IMG/VR virus record: IMGVR_UViG_3300007214_000055
Span: 2,209-66,208 of that record
Direction: 5' to 3' (one strand)
DNA from: a virus
Lineage: Duplodnaviria; Caudoviricetes
Length of the DNA stretch: 64,000 nucleotides
Below are positions 57,573 through 64,000 of the stretch, one piece after another. A program made the position numbers and the translations under genes. Positions within the stretch are counted from its first letter, which is position 1. Each line of letters starts with the position of its first letter. The notes under the pieces are model-generated. The model was given only the letters and a program-made list of their open reading frames with translations, ran no database searches and was not told the origin of the DNA.

Positions 57573-57974
57573 ATGCAGATGCCCGACACCCCAGAAGCGC
57601 TCTTTGAGCAGCTTAGTGACAGCTACGTTCGCGAGATGTTTTCTAACTACGACTCACTGCTTCCGCACCATCGCAAACTTGTGCATCTTTTTCACACAGA
57701 GCTAACCAAAGGCAAACTTAGCGACGCTTCCTTCATGAATAGTATCGCGTTCATAACGCAGCTGTGGCGGTGCTTTAATCGCACCGCTTGCGCGCAAATG
57801 GAACGTCTGCTCGAAGACCACGACGAGCTCGAGACTCAGTGGATCAACTCAGCTTTGGACTACGCCCGGGTAGCGCAGTTCATCGAAGCCTGCATAAACC
57901 TTTATGACGCAGCCCCCGGCCTCACCGAGCTTGCGGACGAGAGCACCTACCGCATTTACCCAACCACCCCTTAG
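57573..57974 (+). CDS. Hypothetical protein
   Basis: ATG at 57573. Confidence 0.55.
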   Translation: MQMPDTPEALFEQLSDSYVREMFSNYDSLLPHHRKLVHLFHTELTKGKLSDASFMNSIAFITQLWRCFNRTACAQMERLLEDHDELETQWINSALDYARVAQFIEACINLYDAAPGLTELADESTYRIYPTTP

Positions 57975-58062
57975 CGCTCCTGCCAAGATGAGATAGCGGG
58001 TACGCCCCACGTGCTACCCGGCTCAAGCTTTCCATCCTTCCCGGCTTTGCCGTTGCTCTCGC

Positions 58063-58432
58063 ATGGATTCACTTGCGTTTGCACACTACGACTTACGCAA
58101 TCCAACCACAGGCGTAGTGCTGTATCGCACGTATGCCACTAGCGTCGAAATCTTTACTGCCAATGCACGTCTTCAAGCCAGTGGCATTCACAGCCGCTAC
58201 TACCCAGCACACACAGACACCCCGTCTTTGTTACACAATTCGGGCTGAAAATGGATTCTTAGCAGCCAACCATGCTAACGACGGTCCGCCCATTCGGGTG
58301 ATTGCCTCCCCCGAGCATGCAACTCGGTTTGTCGATATAACCTCCGCCGGCCGTCGCGCTGCCGCTCTCCAACAACTTGGTTGGCGCGACCTGCGCATTA
58401 TCGCCGTGTACCTTCCGCTTATTCGTCTATGA
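58063..58432 (+). CDS. Two small overlapping hypothetical ORFs (58063-58248; ~58230-58432)
   Basis: Short coupled ORFs; starts uncertain. Confidence 0.4.
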
Positions 58433-58824
58433 CGCAACCCACATCAACCTCCCGCTACGCGGAACTACTCGAGCTCGCTGAGACCCACTACGCCCGTCAG
58501 GGTTTTGTCAAGTGGAGCGACCTGGCTTCCGCGCTAGGTCTCAGCCGGCAGCGCATTCTTCAGCTCATGCAACAAGCTGTGTGTTTAGGCCACATCACTG
58601 CGGCTGATCTAGACCGCTATCGCTCCGAGGCCGCACGTCGCGCCGCTGCTCGCACCAATGAAACGGTGCGCCGCGATTTAGAGAGACTCAAGATCCGTGT
58701 GGTTCTCACCCCCGAGAACTATCAGTGGCTTACTGAGACTCGCGCAGCATCTGCTTCCGGTACAACTATGGGGGACTTAATCAACACTGCCATCACACAC
58801 TTTCGTAATGCTGCCAATGTCTGA
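58429..58824 (+). CDS. Putative DNA-binding protein (HTH)
   Basis: WSDLASALGLSRQRILQL. Confidence 0.6.
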   Translation: MTQPTSTSRYAELLELAETHYARQGFVKWSDLASALGLSRQRILQLMQQAVCLGHITAADLDRYRSEAARRAAARTNETVRRDLERLKIRVVLTPENYQWLTETRAASASGTTMGDLINTAITHFRNAANV

Positions 58825-58990
58825 CACTCGTTTTTGGAGCACTGTAGAGCGCTATTGCTCCGAACTAGCTCCTGTTGTAGGACCTATTTTGCGTGCCTTC
58901 TCCGATTTTGCTGGTGCCATTGATAGGGCCTCGTTGCCTGAGACTGCAGCTACGCCGCGTAGCTTACCCGGAACCAACGAGCCTGAGTGA
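58817..58990 (+). CDS. Small hypothetical protein
   Basis: Coupled ORF. Confidence 0.45.
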   Translation: MSDTRFWSTVERYCSELAPVVGPILRAFSDFAGAIDRASLPETAATPRSLPGTNEPE

Positions 58991-59244
58991 TTTCTGTTCA
59001 GTTGTACACCCACATTGATCCACTTTCACTTTCTGATGAGGCATTCCTTGAGCGCGCTCGCGCTATGTGTGCCACAAAGATTCCTCATCTAAACCGTCAA
59101 GCTGCAGCCGCTCATTTACGGCGTGGTAGCTACACAGGCACTCCGTATCACTGCCCTATCTGTGGTGATTGGCATACCACTACGTACGACCGGGCTCAGT
59201 CCAAACGGTTTGCAAAACGTCTGTCACGTTTACTTCGCAACTAG
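58987..59244 (+). CDS. Zn-finger protein
   Basis: CATK...YHCPICGDWHTT. Confidence 0.6.
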   Translation: MISVQLYTHIDPLSLSDEAFLERARAMCATKIPHLNRQAAAAHLRRGSYTGTPYHCPICGDWHTTTYDRAQSKRFAKRLSRLLRN

Positions 59245-59417
59245 TGAAACCGTTAAAGCTGTATCAAGCGCGTCTCCAGTGTCGCGTCGTTGGAATTATG
59301 GCCTTTAGTCTAGAAGATGCTAGACTCTGTTTGCAGGAATTGTACCCCAATGAAGCGGTACTAAGCCTGATTCTCGCCCCTGAGTGGTTTGACTCACCCG
59401 AGCTCGAAGCTACTTAG
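59244..59417 (+). CDS. Small hypothetical protein
   Basis: GTG start overlapping the previous stop. Confidence 0.45.
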   Translation: MKPLKLYQARLQCRVVGIMAFSLEDARLCLQELYPNEAVLSLILAPEWFDSPELEAT

Positions 59418-59454
59418 TGTCCCTTACCACCCGTTAGCTAAACACACGCCAACT

Positions 59455-59772
59455 ATGAATCAAACTTCACTTGAAGCCGCATTTCAGGAGTGGTGGGAGT
59501 CGTCTTACGGACGCCCTCCGGGCACTCATGCAGTCATGACACATGTCAGTTTTGCGATGCACGTTCTTGAACTCATGGAGCTTATGAAAACAGCTGCCTG
59601 CGATCGTCAATTTGCACAGATCGCCAGATCAATTGATCCCGAAAACGGCTTTCACACCATTGATGCAATTGACAATGATGGGCGTGCCTGGTGGCTGATT
59701 GTTGGTAACGAAAATGCACCTGACCATTGGACCGAGCTAGAGCCACTGCCCAGCAAAGAGGATCGGCCATGA
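59455..59772 (+). CDS. Hypothetical protein
   Basis: FQEWWESSYG N-terminal module plus QIARSID...DNDGRAWW module. Confidence 0.55.
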   Translation: MNQTSLEAAFQEWWESSYGRPPGTHAVMTHVSFAMHVLELMELMKTAACDRQFAQIARSIDPENGFHTIDAIDNDGRAWWLIVGNENAPDHWTELEPLPSKEDRP

Positions 59773-60056
59773 CCGATACCGTCAACCACCCTGCGCAAGA
59801 GCCAGCCGCTGCAGGATGCACAGAAGGCCCGATGGTACCTAAACCGCTTGATTACCAAACTGGAGACCACGTCATGACCATCCCTAATGACACTGCTCGC
59901 TGCGATGGCGGCGGCTGGGACGAATGCACCGATTGCCAACGACGTACCGCACCACGACATGAGATGACCTGGTACATGGCACCACCGTCGATTGTTACCT
60001 TCGTGTGCGAGTACTACATCGAACCGGACCGCCAGCAGCAGCAGGAGGCAGCATGA
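59769..60056 (+). CDS. Cys-containing hypothetical protein
   Basis: RCDG...CTDCQRR...CEYY. Confidence 0.55.
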   Translation: MTDTVNHPAQEPAAAGCTEGPMVPKPLDYQTGDHVMTIPNDTARCDGGGWDECTDCQRRTAPRHEMTWYMAPPSIVTFVCEYYIEPDRQQQQEAA

Positions 60057-60439
60057 CTGCGCCAGACATTCATGCCATCGCAGCGCGACGTGTGCATGGT
60101 CTGCCTGCTGACTGGCAGCCACGTATCTATGGCTGCCTCGATCGCGGCCTAGGCTTCTATCTGCGTGGTGCGGTACCGATCGGCACCTATTCGCGTGGTC
60201 CACGTAAGGGGCGGCCGAAGTGGCCGCCACTGGGCCAGCTGCAGCGGGTGGTAATCACCCCTGACGAGGTGAAGCAGGCCCGCATCTGGTGGGAGAACGA
60301 GACCGGATTGTGCAGCCACTGCGGTGGTACAGGCCAGCAGGTGAAATCCACTGGCATCAACGGCACCGTGTACCAGGTCTGTGTTTCGTGCGGTGGCACC
60401 GGCACAGCACTGCATCGCCGCGGTGAGGTGCAGCCATGA
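60053..60439 (+). CDS. Protein with DnaJ-type Zn finger
   Basis: CSHCGGTG...CVSCGGTG. Confidence 0.65.
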   Translation: MTAPDIHAIAARRVHGLPADWQPRIYGCLDRGLGFYLRGAVPIGTYSRGPRKGRPKWPPLGQLQRVVITPDEVKQARIWWENETGLCSHCGGTGQQVKSTGINGTVYQVCVSCGGTGTALHRRGEVQP

Positions 60440-60753
60440 CCAGCAACGCACGCGCGCAACGCTTGGTTGATGAGTTCAACGAAGCTGCCACCATTGGCTG
60501 TGGTTTCAACGTGGCTCGTGGTATCGCCGCAGTGCTGCGTCATATCGCTGAGACAGAGTACGACCTTGAGTCGTGGTATGCCGTCCCACAACAACGGCTG
60601 ACCGATCTGGCTGCTGCGCTGACTGCACCGTCACTACTCGATCGTGCAATGGCAGGTGATGCCAAAGCAGCGCGGCAGTTCTTGCATCAGGCCGGCTTCA
60701 CTGATGAACACGGCAACTGGCTGCCGCAATATCAATCTCACTCCACCCCCTGA
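60436..60753 (+). CDS. Hypothetical protein
   Basis: Coupled ORF. Confidence 0.55.
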   Translation: MTSNARAQRLVDEFNEAATIGCGFNVARGIAAVLRHIAETEYDLESWYAVPQQRLTDLAAALTAPSLLDRAMAGDAKAARQFLHQAGFTDEHGNWLPQYQSHSTP

Positions 60754-60754
60754 C

Positions 60755-61081
60755 ATGAAACGACTACTCTTGCTGGCTGCTGTGCTCCAGCAGCTGGTAC
60801 CGCTTGACGCTGCTGCGCGGCCGGTTACTGCCACCGTTTATGACGGCTGGTACCACGGACGGCAAACCGCCTGCGGCCAGACCTATCAGCACTGGGGCAT
60901 CAGCGCTGCACATCCATGGCTTGCCTGTGGAACGCGTGTAACGGTGCGCCATCGCGGTCGCACGCTGACGGTGCCAGTGACTGACCGCTGTGATTGCGAG
61001 TCGCTGGACTTAAGTGCAGGCGCCGCCTATCGCTTGGGCGTGCCACTGGATGGCATTGCCACAATCAACATCAACTATTAA
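60755..61081 (+). CDS. RlpA-like double-psi beta-barrel protein (secreted)
   Basis: Signal peptide, then TATVY...HGRQTACG...AAHPWLACGTRVTV...VTDR...LDLSAGAA. Confidence 0.82.
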   Translation: MKRLLLLAAVLQQLVPLDAAARPVTATVYDGWYHGRQTACGQTYQHWGISAAHPWLACGTRVTVRHRGRTLTVPVTDRCDCESLDLSAGAAYRLGVPLDGIATININY

Positions 61082-61101
61082 GCACTTGAATCCCTATCCA
61101 A

Positions 61102-63068
61102 ATGAAGTACCTGACCGGCCACAGCCAAGAAATCCTAGGGCTGCTTGATGCCCTAAGCATTTCACACGAAGGAATTACGGGTATTCGCCTAATTGTCGAG
61201 CCTGATTGCATTGTTCGTCTTGAACTGGAACGATATGTTACCAGTGAAGAAATGATTCAAGTGACTGAATGGATTCTAAAACACGGTATTGAAGCGGAGC
61301 AGCTCGATGACTGAACTGCAAGATGTTGTTCACACGCTTGCTTTGCAACTTGGCCCGTCTTTGTGGCTGCTTTTGTTTCTTGTTTATCTAGATCGAAAAT
61401 GAATAAACTCACAGCACTTGAACTTTACGTTATCATCGACACCCTGCGACATTCGTTGGCCTTCGGCAAGCATTGGACCGGTTCTGCTACAGAGAAAGCA
61501 CGGGACGAAGTGTTTCAGAGATTGCAACAGATTATGGATGGCATGACCGTGGAATTAACCATTGGGGAGAACAATGACTGACCACCCAATCACCCCACCG
61601 CCGGAGCTGGTAAAGCAGTGGATGGCCGAGATCTGGCACGAAGGCACACCCGTGCGAGTGGCCGCCAGTGATCTGCACATTGCCACCCAAGCCGCCCACT
61701 GGGGAGCTAATCAGGAGCTGGATGCGTGCTGTGAGTGGTTGGATACAGGTCCGTATGGATTCTCCATTGAGGCGACAGCCCCGTGCATGATCAAACGTCT
61801 CCGCGCCGCACGCCGCCCGAAACCGCCGAGCTTGAAGGAGCAGGCATTGGCTGCACTAAATGAAGCCGTCTACATGGCCGATGACAGCCCACCCGAGGGG
61901 ATTAGTACGGACCAAGCAGACATCATCCGCCGCGCCCTAGAGGCACTTCCCAATGACTGACACCAAACTGATAAAACTAGCAGTGCGAAAGTTCATCATC
62001 GACAAGATGAGAGATACTACGAATCTGGAACTCGCGGACTTGGCTGCCAAGTATGATCTATCCTCGTTCCATGTGGCCGAGTGCTTCGATTACGAAGCGT
62101 TTCGAGTAGAAAAATTCTTCTGCTTCCCTCAAGACGAACTCCCCGAAGGCAATGACTGACTTTTTCCCGATCACCCCACCGCCTCAATCCCAAGTCGTTT
62201 ATACACCTCCAGATGTCATCTGCCCCGAGCACGGCACACACCCTCACACGATTAGCAGCAACATCCCTGGCTATGAAGGCACTTGGTGCATGTTGTGCGC
62301 TTTGGAACGGCTAGGCCCTTCGCTTCCTACAACCAATGACTGACCACGTGATTTTCTGGCTCTCTGGCTTTGGCATTGGTCTCTGGGCTGGAGTGATGGC
62401 TATGAGCCCACGCCGCGACCGCGACCCCGACTGGCGCCGCAGCTTCAACCACGAGAACACCAACCGGCCATCAGGGCCGCCACCGCTGCGGTTCGATCCA
62501 GGCCGCGTTCAACGCAGCAGCTCCGGCAACAACTCCAGCACGCCCAAGCCGGCCATCATCCCCAAGTTTCAATTCCCAGCGCCCCGGACCATCCGGGATG
62601 AGTTCATGCCATGACTGACCTCTCCCCTGCCGCTCGCGCCGTCTGGGAAGCTTTCAACAGCAAGTTTGATTGGGTGGAAGACGGCGTACCTGGCCCTCAG
62701 TTCCACTCCGTCGCCGCCGCCCTGCGTGCTGCTGCGGATCAGGTGGTGCCTAGCGATTTGGATGAGCCACGAAACTACCTGCCAATGGCGATGGAATGCC
62801 AACGCATCCGCGCCGAACTCCTTGCTATTGCTACCGAACTGGAGGGTGCGCAATGACTAACATCACCACCTACAAACTGGACACCGCCTTTGCATCGTTA
62901 GATCAGTTTGACCACTTCGCCAAGCCTGATCACTTCATTGAGGTGAGCCTATGGCACAACGGCGAAGGCTTTGATGCACACCTAAGCACCCGCACTGAGC
63001 AAACCATTCGCTTGAGCTGGGGTGAGTTCAAGGCACTGAAGAAACTTATCAAGGAGCTAGGCGAATGA
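61102..63068 (+). CDS. Chain of small coupled hypothetical ORFs (61102-61314, 61399-61581, 61574-61960, 61953-62159, 62152-62343, 62336-62614, 62611-62856, 62853-63068)
   Basis: Overlapping ATGACTGA/ATGA junctions; MTD/MTN starts. Confidence 0.6.
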
Positions 63069-64000
63069 TCACCGACTGGAGAGCACTGTGCGTTGAGTTA
63101 TTGGAATGGCTTGACCTTTACAATAATTATTCCAACACGGACATAGGTATCGAAGAGTACGGAAAAAGTTTGTCCATGGCAGAACGCGCCCGCGCCGCCC
63201 TGGCCGAGCCCGAGCCCGAGCCGGAGGGGCCGACGGATGAGGAGATCATGGAGCTGATGCCGCAGCAGATGCGTGATGATCTGGCCGCCGCAGCGCGTGC
63301 CTTGGCAGGGTTTGATCCAGACAACATCAAAGCTGCTTCCGTCTTTCGCATCATCCTCAACCGCCATTCCGTAGACCTCGCCCGCGCAGCGCTTGCTCGC
63401 TGGGGAACTCCTAATTTGACGGAAACTAGGAGTTCGCTGAAAGATGCTTGGGCTGCGCATCAGCCCGCTATCGAGGCCGCTGCTAAGGCAGGGATGGATG
63501 CGTGTCGAGCAGATGAACCGGCTGTGCCCGATGGCAGGGAACCGGCCTCTGTCGCTGCTGAGGTTAGCGCCACCGACTTGCTTGAGCGCCAAGCAGTTGG
63601 TCTCGCCGCCCGTCCGCTGATGGAGCAGGTCGTCGCGCTGGGGGACTGCATCAGCGAACAGACCGTGGGCCAGGTCAGGGCACTCGCTGATCGCGCCGCT
63701 GCATGGCTGGCCGAGAATCCACCCGGTCAGCCGATAGCCATTGAGCCCCGTGGTTGCCCGACGCCTGGAGCGTGTTCATGCGTGACGCAGCGCCAATCCG
63801 CCCCGGAGTCTGCTGGGGAGGTAGCGGAGTTGGTGGCTGCATTACGGAACGATGCCATCAACTGCACCTGCTCGACATTGACCAGTGGAGATCTGCGCCG
63901 CGCCGCTGACCTGCTCGAGCAGCGCCAGGCCGCCCCGATGGCAGGTTGGCAGCCAATCGACACCGCCCCAAAAGACGGCACTGAAATCCTGGCCAGCGAT
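63065..64000 (+). CDS. Mosaic hypothetical protein, truncated by window end (DUF551-like WQPIDTAPKDG module)
   Basis: Frame open from ATG 63065 to the window end: MITDWRALC...EPEPEGPTDEE...WQPIDTAPKDGTEILA. Confidence 0.65.
   Translation, partial: MITDWRALCVELLEWLDLYNNYSNTDIGIEEYGKSLSMAERARAALAEPEPEPEGPTDEEIMELMPQQMRDDLAAAARALAGFDPDNIKAASVFRIILNRHSVDLARAALARWGTPNLTETRSSLKDAWAAHQPAIEAAAKAGMDACRADEPAVPDGREPASVAAEVSATDLLERQAVGLAARPLMEQVVALGDCISEQTVGQVRALADRAAAWLAENPPGQPIAIEPRGCPTPGACSCVTQRQSAPESAGEVAELVAALRNDAINCTCSTLTSGDLRRAADLLEQRQAAPMAGWQPIDTAPKDGTEILASD

Noticed and set aside
1-64000. Prophage / temperate lifestyle
   Set aside because: Two XRE genes are present but no integrase, att site, partition genes or host genes lie in the window; lifestyle cannot be decided here.

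Overview
Segment of a lytic-looking, long-tailed (siphovirus-like) dsDNA phage, most likely a freshwater cyanophage. The host is inferred from a cyanobacterial-type AbrB, an RpoD-like sigma factor and cyanophage-type small proteins. Gene order: terminase large subunit (5' truncated); DUF1073-type portal; MuF/gp7 head protein; an unusual ~10 kb block of modular head-associated polyproteins; DUF2213 protease/scaffold; cement protein; DUF2184 major capsid; neck; tail tube; frameshifted tail chaperone; tape measure; lambda-like tail tip; fibres; lysis genes; leftward AbrB, PolA and primase-helicase; rightward SSB, HTH, exonuclease, dNMP kinase and sigma factor; a ~1.25 kb non-coding control region; then >30 small early-type genes. 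No integrase, tRNA, rRNA or CRISPR array was seen. Two candidate systems stand out. (1) The portal-to-protease block (3635-13509) is built from a repeated unit: an R-x-D boundary, an invariant C-G-x3-I-x5-C motif (8 copies), a Gly/Ala hydrophobic helix, then a variable payload. Payloads include two protein kinases (the second apparently attached by a -1 frameshift) and a GNAT-like domain. This suggests protease-processed, capsid-delivered effector cassettes. (2) An ~800 nt densely structured, apparently non-coding RNA lies directly behind three tandem promoters. All annotations come from reading motifs by eye; no database searches were run.
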